DNA from: an uncultured Ruficoccus sp.
Lineage (GTDB): Bacteria > Verrucomicrobiota > Verrucomicrobiia > Opitutales > Cerasicoccaceae
Length of the DNA: 64,000 bases
NCBI GenBank assembly: GCA_965140785.1
Contig: OZ223481.1
Location: 320,001 to 384,000, forward strand
Direction of reading: 5' to 3'
The notes below the pieces were generated by a model. That model made no database searches. It was not told where the DNA came from and worked only from the letters and a program-made list of their open reading frames with translations. Positions 56,212 to 64,000 of this stretch are shown one piece after another (the stretch's first letter is position 1; every line of letters begins with the position of its first letter). The position numbers and the translations under genes were made by a program.

Positions 56212-57525
56212 TTAGGGAAGTTTTATCAGGTCGTCCACCTGGACCGGGAGGCCGGTGGCGAAGGACTGGTTGGCAGCGATCCCGGTGAGGATGGAGCGGG
56301 CGCCGTCGATGTGTGTGGCGGCTCGCTTGTAGGGATCCTCTTTTCCGTCGGGGATAAAGATGTCGTTGAGCATGATGACATCGCCGCCGCCGTGGGAGCC
56401 GACGCCCTCCGGAATCTCGACCTCGTAGGGTTTTTCCCAGAGGGGGCGGACCAGAAGAGTGCGGCTGCTGGACTCGCCCTCGCCGGCGCTGCCGCCGCCG
56501 GAGTTGACATAGGACTTCTCGACTTCCTCGAGTTCGATGCGGCCCTTGTCGCCGGTGAAGGAAATGCGCAGGCCTTCCCACGGGCAGTAGGCGTTGAGCG
56601 AGTAGCTCATCTGGGTGCCGTTGCGGTAGCGCACGAGCACGCTCATGGTGTCCTCGATGTTGATGCCGTCGCTGAAGACCGAGCGGTCGCGCAGGTAGGC
56701 ATCGTCCTCGTTTTCGGCGTCAAGGTACAGGCCCTTGAGTTCGGCGTTTTCGCTCATGTCGAGGGCGAAGGGATCGTCCTTGGCGCGGGGGTCGCCGGTG
56801 CTGCGCAGGTAGAACTTGGTCACGCCGCGGGCCTCGGCGTTGTCCCGGCCATAGAAGGCGAGGTTGCCCATGCCGAAGACGGTCGCGGGCGAGGAGTCGA
56901 TCCACCAGTTGACCAAGTCGAAGTGGTGGGTGGACTTGTGGACCATGAGGCCGCCGGAGTTGCGCTTGTCGCGGTGCCAGCGGCGGAAGTAGTCGGCCCC
57001 GTGGCGGGTGTCCAGCAGCCACTCGAAGTGGATGGAGTGGACTTTGCCGATGACGCCGGTGGCGATCAGTTCCTTGACCTTGGTCCGGGAAGGGGCGTAG
57101 CGGTAGTTAAAGGTGACCTTGAGCTTGCGCCCGGTGCGCTCGATGGTGTCGAGGATCTGTTGGCACTTGACGGTGTCGGTCGTCATCGGCTTTTCGGAGA
57201 TGACGTCGCAGCCCAGCTCCATGGCGCGGACAATGTAGGTGTGGTGCGTGCGGTCCATCGTGGTGACGATGACCGTGTCGGGCTTTTCCTCCGCGATCAT
57301 GCGGTCGAAGTCGGCGGCCTTGTATGTCGGGAACGGCCCGGCCGAGTACTTCTCCTGAAAGTTCGCGTTATGAAAGTCCATGCGGGTCTGATTGACGTCG
57401 CACAGGGCGACCAGCTCGCAGGAGTCTTTGTAGTGCTTGAGCAAGGCTTCGGAAAAGAGATGGGAGCGGCCGCCGAGGCCGACGATGGCGAAGCGTTTGC
57501 CGGAAGATGTAGGGTTGTTTGCCAT
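56212..57525 (-). CDS. Gfo/Idh/MocA oxidoreductase (YteT-like)
   Basis: [39 protein letters not shown]. Confidence 0.88.
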   Translation of the reverse strand: MANNPTSSGKRFAIVGLGGRSHLFSEALLKHYKDSCELVALCDVNQTRMDFHNANFQEKYSAGPFPTYKAADFDRMIAEEKPDTVIVTTMDRTHHTYIVRAMELGCDVISEKPMTTDTVKCQQILDTIERTGRKLKVTFNYRYAPSRTKVKELIATGVIGKVHSIHFEWLLDTRHGADYFRRWHRDKRNSGGLMVHKSTHHFDLVNWWIDSSPATVFGMGNLAFYGRDNAEARGVTKFYLRSTGDPRAKDDPFALDMSENAELKGLYLDAENEDDAYLRDRSVFSDGINIEDTMSVLVRYRNGTQMSYSLNAYCPWEGLRISFTGDKGRIELEEVEKSYVNSGGGSAGEGESSSRTLLVRPLWEKPYEVEIPEGVGSHGGGDVIMLNDIFIPDGKEDPYKRAATHIDGARSILTGIAANQSFATGLPVQVDDLIKLP

Positions 57526-57619
57526 AAGGGGATAAGCTTAGCGAAAAAGTCGGTTTTCGTCCATGGCCGGGGCGCTCAATAATTTGACATTTTCGCTCAT
57601 TTTTGGAAAGGTTTTTCTT

Positions 57620-58414
57620 ATGCTGACCTATTTTGGCTATGGCAAACGGCGCTACTTCGAGAAGCCGATCGTGGAGAAGGTACGGCTGTTCTGGGAATTT
57701 CAGGCGGTGGTGCAGGGGGCGATCGGGCGTACCTTCAAGGACGGTTCGGGCGACCCGGAGCCGCAGGAGCGGACGCTGTGGCTGTCGCCGCCGGGCTCGT
57801 TCCATGGCTGGAGCGGGGAGCCGGGGAAGGTGGCGACCATCGTGGTTTTTCACTTCCGCTATATCCCGGAGATCCTCCTCCAGTGCCTGGGAAGCACGCG
57901 CAGCGCGAGAATCAGCGTGAGCGCGGCGGATTGCCAGCGCCTGCGGCGACTGGGGCGGCAGGTGCAGTCGTATTGGAACAACCCCGCCCCGGGCATGATG
58001 CTCTGCTATGAGCACGCGCTGATGGAGCTCTCGCTGCTGGTGTACGAGTCGTGGGGGCGGATGGCGCCGCAACCGGCCCAGCGGGTGCATGCGCGGGTGC
58101 AGGACGCGCTCTCGTGGTTCAGTGAGCACATGCATGAAAACCCTGGATTGGACGATGTTGCGCAGGCCGCCCACGTCTCCCCCGCCCACCTGCGGCGACT
58201 CTTTCACGAGTCTCTCCAGAATGCGCCCAAGGAGGTTTTTGATCAGTTGCGCTTCCAGCGGGCGATGCAGTTGCTGACCGATACGAGCCTGCCGGTGGCC
58301 GAGGTGGCCCTGGCCTGCGGCTTCGAGGAGCAGAGCTCATTCTCCCGCGCCTTCAAGCGCCGCTTCGGCTCCAGCCCGCGCGAATTGCGTTCTGGTGCGC
58401 GGGTTGTGCCGTGA
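57620..58414 (+). CDS. AraC-family transcriptional regulator
   Basis: VSPAHLRRLF, VALACGFEEQSSFSRAFKRRFGSSP; divergent from the oxidoreductase. Confidence 0.92.
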   Translation: MLTYFGYGKRRYFEKPIVEKVRLFWEFQAVVQGAIGRTFKDGSGDPEPQERTLWLSPPGSFHGWSGEPGKVATIVVFHFRYIPEILLQCLGSTRSARISVSAADCQRLRRLGRQVQSYWNNPAPGMMLCYEHALMELSLLVYESWGRMAPQPAQRVHARVQDALSWFSEHMHENPGLDDVAQAAHVSPAHLRRLFHESLQNAPKEVFDQLRFQRAMQLLTDTSLPVAEVALACGFEEQSSFSRAFKRRFGSSPRELRSGARVVP

Positions 58415-58522
58415 GTTGGCGGGGTCCGCCCACCGGACCCATGAGCGGTTTCGTCAAACGCTGATGCCGCCGGTCAGGTGAGCCGCTTGTTCCGATGGTG
58501 GGCGTTCTGCGAAGCGCAACGG

Positions 58523-58729
58523 CTAGAGCACTTTCTGGAAGCCCGTAAGTCCCCCAGCCAACGCCGCGAGCCGCAAGACAGACCCCATCCGAATGGACTG
58601 GCTGATTTTAAGCCTGGCGGCGTTCCTTTCAAGGGGCCAGGGCTTCCAGCCCAAGTCCCTTGAAAGAGCCTTGCCAGTACTTAAAATCAGCTCAGCCGAG
58701 TGCGACAGATTAAAACGAAAATGCTCTAG
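58523..58729. mobile_element. MITE-like element with CTAG ends and a long internal hairpin
   Basis: TIR CTAGAGCACTTTC / GAAAATGCTCTAG (12/13); nested palindrome 58601-58691; right end recurs at 49560-49587 (24/28). Confidence 0.7.
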
Positions 58730-59676
58730 GAAGCCGGTTCGGTGTGGGGCAGATCGGGGGCTTCCAGCCGCTGGGAGCCGAGGTGCCGCCGGAGTACGCC
58801 GTGCCGCGGCGAGAACAGCCATGCCAGGAGAAAAATCACACCCGTCGCCACGGCCATCATGCCGGAGGTGGAGGTGCCCTCGAAGCCCAGCCAGGGCGGC
58901 AGGACGATGGCCGAGAGGTGCCCGAGGAAGGCGGCCAGCCCCCCGAAGCCCGCGCTGAGCGCCAGCATGAGGCCGAGCCGGTCGGTCAGCAGATGGGCGG
59001 TGGCGGCGGGCACGATCAGCATGGCGATCACGATGATGCTCCCCACCGCTTCAAACGCCGCGACCGTGGTCACGGCCACCTGGGTCATGAGCAGGTAGTG
59101 CATGAGGGAGGCGTTGACGCCCTGGGTGGTGGCCAGGTCGGGGTCGAACGAGCTGATCTTGTATTCCTTATAAAAAACCACGATCAGCAGCAGGTTGAGC
59201 AGGGCAACGCTGCCGAGCACCACCGCCGGGCGGGGGATTTCCAGCAGCCACGGGCCGAAGCGCAGCTCGCCAATGACGTCGAGTGGGGTCAACTCGATCG
59301 CGCCGTAGAGCACGCAGCCGGGGTCGAGGTCCACGTGGTCGGCGGCCTGCACGATCAGCAGCAGCCCGAGCGCAAAGAGCGTGGTGAAGACGATCCCCAT
59401 GGAGGCGCCGCGGTCCACGCGCCCCCACTGGCTGATCCACTGGGTAAAGACCGCCGTGAGCACGCCGACGATGGCCGCCCCGGCGAACATGGCGAAGCTG
59501 GCCCGCGTGCCGGTGACGAGAAAGGCTACCGCCAGTCCGGGGAGGACGGCATGGCTGATGGCGTCCCCCATCATGCTCATGCGCCTCAGCACCAGAAAGG
59601 TGCCCGGCAGGGCGGCGGCGATGGCGCAAAGGGCGCCGATGACCACGATCCAGGTGTCGTAGGCGTACCAGCTCAC
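58726..59676 (-). CDS. troD: Mn/Fe/Zn ABC transporter permease (TroD/MntD)
   Basis: GTFLVLRRMSMMGDAISHAVLPG, FEAVGSIIVIAMLIVP. Confidence 0.88.
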   Translation of the reverse strand: MSWYAYDTWIVVIGALCAIAAALPGTFLVLRRMSMMGDAISHAVLPGLAVAFLVTGTRASFAMFAGAAIVGVLTAVFTQWISQWGRVDRGASMGIVFTTLFALGLLLIVQAADHVDLDPGCVLYGAIELTPLDVIGELRFGPWLLEIPRPAVVLGSVALLNLLLIVVFYKEYKISSFDPDLATTQGVNASLMHYLLMTQVAVTTVAAFEAVGSIIVIAMLIVPAATAHLLTDRLGLMLALSAGFGGLAAFLGHLSAIVLPPWLGFEGTSTSGMMAVATGVIFLLAWLFSPRHGVLRRHLGSQRLEAPDLPHTEPAS

Positions 59677-61136
59677 CGGGCACCTCCTTCCTGGCCGACG
59701 GGGTGCGGGCTGGCCGGGACCGTTCGCAGGTCGAGCTTTTGCTCAAGCTCGCGCACCATGTCGGCGCTGAGCACGTGCTCGACCGAGTCGGCATCGCGGT
59801 CCACATGGCTGGCCGCGATGTCGGCGTGGGTGATGAGAAAGATTTCCCACAGGCGGTGGTTGCGGGTGATGCGGGCGGCCTCGCCGTAGCCCGACTCGGA
59901 CAGGCGCACGCTTTCCCCGTCAAAGGCCTCGATGTGGTCTTCGTGCCGGGCCTGGCGCAGGAGCTTGCGGACCTGTAGTGGCGTCCAACTACGCCGCCGG
60001 GCCAGCCGGGCGAAGGGGACCGGGACGTTGGCCGGGGGCAGGCCGCGCTCCTCGCAGAGGGCTTCCTGGATTTCGTAAACGGCGCGCAGCAGGTGCTGGC
60101 GGCCGACCTTGCGCTTGAGGCGGGCGTGGGCGAGCGCCCGCCGCAGGACCCCGCGTTTGCTTCCAAAAATCAGGCTGAGCCCGAAGAGCCCGGCCACGGT
60201 CAGCACGATGACGGCCCCGGCGGGCAGGCGCGGCAGCAACGCGCTGACGGCGGCCCCGAGCCAACCGCTGGCCCCGCCGACGAGCGCGGCCAGCACGAGC
60301 ATGTGCTTGAGGTTGTCCGTCCAGAAGCGGGCGGCGGCGGCCGGGGTGATGAGAAAGGCGATGATCAGGATCAGGCCGACGGCTTGCAAGCCGACCACGG
60401 TGACGAGCGTGACCAGCCCGAGCATGACCAGGTCGAGCTTGTGCACGGGCCAGCCCTGGCTCTGCCCGAAGCCTTCGTCGAAGCACAGCAGGGTGAACTC
60501 CTTTAAAAACAGCAGCGAGCCCAGCAACACGATCGCGGCTACGCCGGCGAGCAGCAGGAAGTCCTGCCGGACCATGGAGGCGGTCTTGCCGTAGATGAAG
60601 TATTCCAGCCCGGCGGCGCTGGCCCCGGGCATGTCCTGGGCCATGGCGAGGATGGCGATCCCGCCGCCGAAGAATACGCTCAGCACCAGCCCCATGGCGC
60701 TGTCGTCCTTGATCCGGGAGGTGTTGCGCACCAGCAGGACGAGCCCGACCCCGGCCGCGCCGGTGAGGGCGGCTCCGGCGAGCAGGCCGGGCAGGTTCTT
60801 GCCGCTGCCCCCGGCGGCCACCATGAGGATGAAGGCCAGCCCGATGCCCGGCAGGCACGCGTGCGAGAGCGCGTCGCCCATGAGCGAGCGTTTGCGCAGC
60901 AGCAGGAAGCTCCCGATCAGCCCTGAGGCGAGCCCGAGGATAAAGGTGCTCAGGACCACGAGCCGGGTATTGTAGTCCTGCAAGGTGGCCACGCGGAGGA
61001 TGTCCTCCAGGCTGGGCCAGGTGAAGCTAACCTCCGTCAGCGACTCGGTCTGGGCGAAGTCCGTCCCGTCCGCCGCCATCAGGGGAAGGGCGGTCAGCAG
61101 CCACGCGGCAGCAAGAGATTTGCGCAAAAAGCTCAT
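59673..61136 (-). CDS. troC: Metal ABC permease fused to a C-terminal DtxR-like domain (TroC/YtgCR-type)
   Basis: [18 protein letters not shown] permease; C-terminal [10 protein letters not shown]...[10 protein letters not shown]. Confidence 0.85.
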   Translation of the reverse strand: MSFLRKSLAAAWLLTALPLMAADGTDFAQTESLTEVSFTWPSLEDILRVATLQDYNTRLVVLSTFILGLASGLIGSFLLLRKRSLMGDALSHACLPGIGLAFILMVAAGGSGKNLPGLLAGAALTGAAGVGLVLLVRNTSRIKDDSAMGLVLSVFFGGGIAILAMAQDMPGASAAGLEYFIYGKTASMVRQDFLLLAGVAAIVLLGSLLFLKEFTLLCFDEGFGQSQGWPVHKLDLVMLGLVTLVTVVGLQAVGLILIIAFLITPAAAARFWTDNLKHMLVLAALVGGASGWLGAAVSALLPRLPAGAVIVLTVAGLFGLSLIFGSKRGVLRRALAHARLKRKVGRQHLLRAVYEIQEALCEERGLPPANVPVPFARLARRRSWTPLQVRKLLRQARHEDHIEAFDGESVRLSESGYGEAARITRNHRLWEIFLITHADIAASHVDRDADSVEHVLSADMVRELEQKLDLRTVPASPHPVGQEGGAR

Positions 61137-61957
61137 CCGCGTTTGAGCTGGGTGAGGGCGTGTTCGGCCTCGGCCAGGAGGGTGAGCTTGCCGCCGTAAG
61201 TGCGCTTGAGGTTCTCTGCGGTGAAGGTGGTCTCGGTCGGCCCGGCGGCTACGATCCGCATGTTCAGCAGGATGACCCAGTCGAAGTACTGGGCGACGGT
61301 GGCCAGGTCGTGGTGGACGACGAGAGTGGTCTTGCCCTGGCCCTTGAGGTCCTTGAGCAGGGCGACGATGGCCCGCTCGGTGGCGGCGTCCACCGCGGCG
61401 AAGGGTTCGTCCATGAAGTACAGCCGCGCGTCCTGGGCGAGGGCGCGGGCGAGGAAGACCCGCTGCTGCTGGCCGCCGGAGAGCTGGCTGATCTGCCGAT
61501 CGGCCAGGTGCCCGATGCCGACCCGCTCCAGCGCCTCGCGGGCCACGGCCTTGTGCTTCTCGCGCACGGGCCGGAACCAGCCGATGCGCCCGTACAGGCC
61601 CATCGCCACGACGTCGAGTGCGCTGACCGGAAAGTCCCAGTCCACGCTCTCGCGCTGGGGGACGTAGCCGACGAGGGAGCGCTGCTTCTTGTACGGTTGG
61701 CCATAGACCTGCACGTTGCCGGAGGCGGCGGGGATCAGGTCCAGGCAGGCCTTGATCAGGGTGGATTTGCCCGCGCCGTTTGGGCCGACGATGCCGACCA
61801 GCTTGCCCTCGGGGATGTTCAGGTCCACGTCCCAGATGACGGGCTTGCGGTGGTAGGCCACGGTCAGGTCGCGCACGGACAGCGGGGCGGGGCCGTCAGA
61901 CCCGGAGGGCTCGCCGGAGGCGGTGCTGACGGTAGGTTGAGGGTCGGTTTTAAACAT
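61133..61957 (-). CDS. troB: Metal ABC transporter ATP-binding protein (TroB/MntB)
   Basis: [36 protein letters not shown]; own ATG at 61957. Confidence 0.88.
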   Translation of the reverse strand: MFKTDPQPTVSTASGEPSGSDGPAPLSVRDLTVAYHRKPVIWDVDLNIPEGKLVGIVGPNGAGKSTLIKACLDLIPAASGNVQVYGQPYKKQRSLVGYVPQRESVDWDFPVSALDVVAMGLYGRIGWFRPVREKHKAVAREALERVGIGHLADRQISQLSGGQQQRVFLARALAQDARLYFMDEPFAAVDAATERAIVALLKDLKGQGKTTLVVHHDLATVAQYFDWVILLNMRIVAAGPTETTFTAENLKRTYGGKLTLLAEAEHALTQLKRG

Positions 61958-62052
61958 CTGCGGTGCGGAAAAAGGTTTGGTCGGCGCTTCGGTGGAGCGG
62001 GTGGTTCGTGGCGTGAAGGGACCGTTGTGGCGGGCTCTGCGGGTTAGAAGAC

Positions 62053-63154
62053 TCAGCCCTCCCCGGGCGATTCCTGCTCCCCCCTCGTCGCCGGGGGTGA
62101 GTTTGCCGTTGAGACCGCCGGGCGGTGGGGTGCCGCCGAGGGCGCGGGCGATGGTGGTGGTGTTGTGGTCGAGCATGCCTTCATAGGTACCCTCGTAGGT
62201 GCCGGGCGCGCCCATGGCGTCGGAAAAGAGCGAGCCGCCGATCTTGAGGGCGTGGCCGCGGGCGCGGGCGCCCTCGACCAGGGCGCGGACGTTTTTGTCC
62301 GAGACGGAGGTCTCGACGAAGACCGCCGGGATACGCCGCTCGACGAGGAAGTCGAGCAGGTCCTCAATGTCCCGGACCCCGGCTTCGGACTCGGTGCTGA
62401 TGCCCTGGATGCCCTTGACCTGGAGCCCGTAGGCGCGGCCCATGTAGTTGAAGGCGTCGTGCGCGGTCACGAGCACGCGTTGCTCCTCAGGGATGGTGGC
62501 CATCACCTCGCGGGCGTAGGCGTCGAGCCGCCGGAGCTTTTGTAAATACGCCTCGGCGTTGCGGCGGTAGGTGTCGGCGTTGGCCGGGTCGAACTCGCTC
62601 AGGGCCTCGGTCACGACCTCGGTGGCGGCGATCCAGCCGCCCACGTCCATCCACACGTGCGGGTCGAAGTGGGCGTGCGGGTTTTTCATCACATAGTCGC
62701 CGCGGTCGAGGATCGCCTTGGTCACGGCATAGACGGGCTTGCCGCGCTCGGCGATGCGCATGAGCACGTCGGCCATTTTTCCCTCCAGCATGAGGCCGTT
62801 GTAAAAGACGATGTCGGCGTGCTGCAGGGCGATGATGTCGCCTCGGGTGGGCTTGTAGAGGTGCGGGTCCACCCCGGTTCCGATGAGGCCCTCGACTTCG
62901 GCCTTGTCCCCGGCGACGTTGCGCACGATGTCGGTGATCATCCCGACCGTGGCGACGGCCTTGTAGGGATAATGGGTGGGGTGGGGCTCCACACCTGGGG
63001 TCTCTGCGCTCCGGTCGGCGGCGCGTTCGCAACCGCCCATCAGCATCGCCGCGCCCGCCGCCAGCGCGAGCAAGCCCGCCCCCCGCCAACCTCCGGGGAG
63101 GTGGTGGCGACGGTCCCGGCGTGCGGGCCGGAGAAAGCGGAATCGGGCGCTCAT
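62053..63154 (-). CDS. troA: Metal ABC substrate-binding lipoprotein (TroA/MntA); natural stop shifted by an extra base at C6 62079-62084
   Basis: Lipobox-like [35 protein letters not shown]. Confidence 0.88.
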
Positions 63155-63163
63155 TTTTAATAA

Positions 63164-63241
63164 ATGTAGCATGGGCTACATAGCGGAAGCGGGAAAATGT
63201 AGCTGGGGCTACGAGTGGTCGATGTGTAGCCTGTGCTACAT
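63164..63241. promoter_or_regulatory. Three MntR-type operator palindromes (TGTAGC-N4-GCTACA)
   Basis: ATGTAGCATGGGCTACAT 63164-63181; ATGTAGCTGGGGCTACGA 63197-63214; GTGTAGCCTGTGCTACAT 63224-63241. Confidence 0.85.
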
Positions 63242-63255
63242 CTTGGGCTTGTCAA
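63228..63255 (-). promoter_or_regulatory. Putative sigma70 promoter of the tro operon
   Basis: Perfect TTGACA on minus strand at 63250-63255; weak -10 (CAGGCT) lies inside operator box 3. Confidence 0.5.
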
Positions 63256-63284
63256 TACCTTTTCATTGCGCTTAAAGTTTCATC

Positions 63285-63719
63285 ATGCCGGAGCCCGATC
63301 TCAAACGCACTGCCCAGCGCCATCAGCGGGTGCGCCGGCAGCACTTTGACGAGTTGGCCCAGGACTACGTGGAGGCCATCCACGAGTTGCTTAGCGAGGG
63401 CCGGGTGGCGCGGGTGACGGACTTGCAAGGGGTGTTCGGGGTTTCGCACGTGTCTGTCATCCGGGCGCTCAAGCGCTTCGAGAGCCGGGGATTGCTCGTG
63501 CGTGCGGGTGATGAAGGCATTCAGCTCACTCCCGAGGGCACGCAAATGGCCGAAGAGGCCGCCGTGCGCCACGAGTTGGTGGTGCGTTTTTTACGGACGC
63601 TGGGCGTTTCCGAGGCTCGAGCTCAGGCCGATGCCGAGGGCATCGAGCACCACCTCAGCAGCGAAACACTGGAGGCCATGCGGCGCGTCACCGAGTCCGG
63701 TCCGGTCGGCAACGGATAA
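63285..63719 (+). CDS. mntR: Manganese-dependent repressor (DtxR/MntR family)
   Basis: QDYVEAI, ARVTDL...FGVSHVSV, RHELVVRFL, DAEGIEHHLS. Confidence 0.9.
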   Translation: MPEPDLKRTAQRHQRVRRQHFDELAQDYVEAIHELLSEGRVARVTDLQGVFGVSHVSVIRALKRFESRGLLVRAGDEGIQLTPEGTQMAEEAAVRHELVVRFLRTLGVSEARAQADAEGIEHHLSSETLEAMRRVTESGPVGNG

Positions 63720-63778
63720 ATTTACCCGGCTGAGTCGTACGCAGTCGGGCGAATCGCAGGTGCAGAACTTTGCCCAGC

Positions 63779-64000
63779 TCAACCGATGAGCTTGAGTAAA
63801 AACTTGGCCAGGAGAGCCATCATGATGACGGCGACCGGATAAACGGTGGCGTAGCTGACAATAGGGGCCTGCTGGTGGGTCTTGGAGACGATGGCGCCGA
63901 GGGCCGGGGTGCTGGTCATACCGCCGCAGATGCCGCCCAGGCTTTGGGCCACGGTCAGCTTCATGACCTTGCGGGCAGTAAGGTAGCCCACGATCATCGG
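63779..64000 (-). CDS. AspT/YidE/YbjL family transporter, C-terminal part only
   Basis: LGGICGGMTSTPALGA, YATVYP. Confidence 0.85.
   Translation of the reverse strand, partial: PMIVGYLTARKVMKLTVAQSLGGICGGMTSTPALGAIVSKTHQQAPIVSYATVYPVAVIMMALLAKFLLKLIG

Noticed and set aside
52372..57582. Long antisense ORFs (52372..54336, 55639..57582 and similar ones elsewhere)
   Set aside because: Shadow frames of real high-GC genes; no recognisable motifs.
61133..63172. Apparent 679-aa TroA-TroB (lipoprotein + ATPase) fusion
   Set aside because: Topologically implausible. Removing one base from C6 at 62079-62084 restores a TGA at 62053, the linker reads like intergenic DNA, and troB has its own ATG at 61957.
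63164..63241. Mini CRISPR-like repeat array
   Set aside because: 18-bp degenerate palindromes with 9-15 bp gaps and no cas genes; better explained as operators.

Overview
A 64-kb, high-GC bacterial chromosomal segment. Gene content (PEP-CTERM protein, DUF5069, W-x-x-x-D-P-x-A-A solenoid proteins, YtgCR-type permease-repressor fusion) suggests Verrucomicrobiota, probably Opitutia/Puniceicoccales; this is an inference. Most of it is housekeeping or envelope genes: birA-coaX, a GldA/F/G-like ABC + DUF4340 + AsmA-like cluster, accBC-asp23-amaP-thiE, purN-prmA, grpE-dnaJ, manA, ftsK, rodZ, nfeD-floA, purU, gluQRS, a uxaE hexuronate locus, and a Tro/Mnt metal ABC operon with divergent mntR and three operator boxes. 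No rRNA, tRNA, CRISPR array, transposase or prophage was seen. Most notable items: (1) a low-GC, effector-like pseudokinase inserted between ftsK and rodZ; (2) an ELIC-like pentameric ligand-gated ion channel; (3) a signal-peptide copy of the RodZ periplasmic domain; (4) three membrane-anchored tryptophan-repeat alpha-solenoid paralogs; (5) two tandem unassigned beta-barrel proteins; (6) a dual DtxR/MntR control architecture; (7) several CTAG/TA-ended MITE-like palindromes. Six single-base frameshifts at short homopolymers suggest long-read sequencing errors rather than real pseudogenes.
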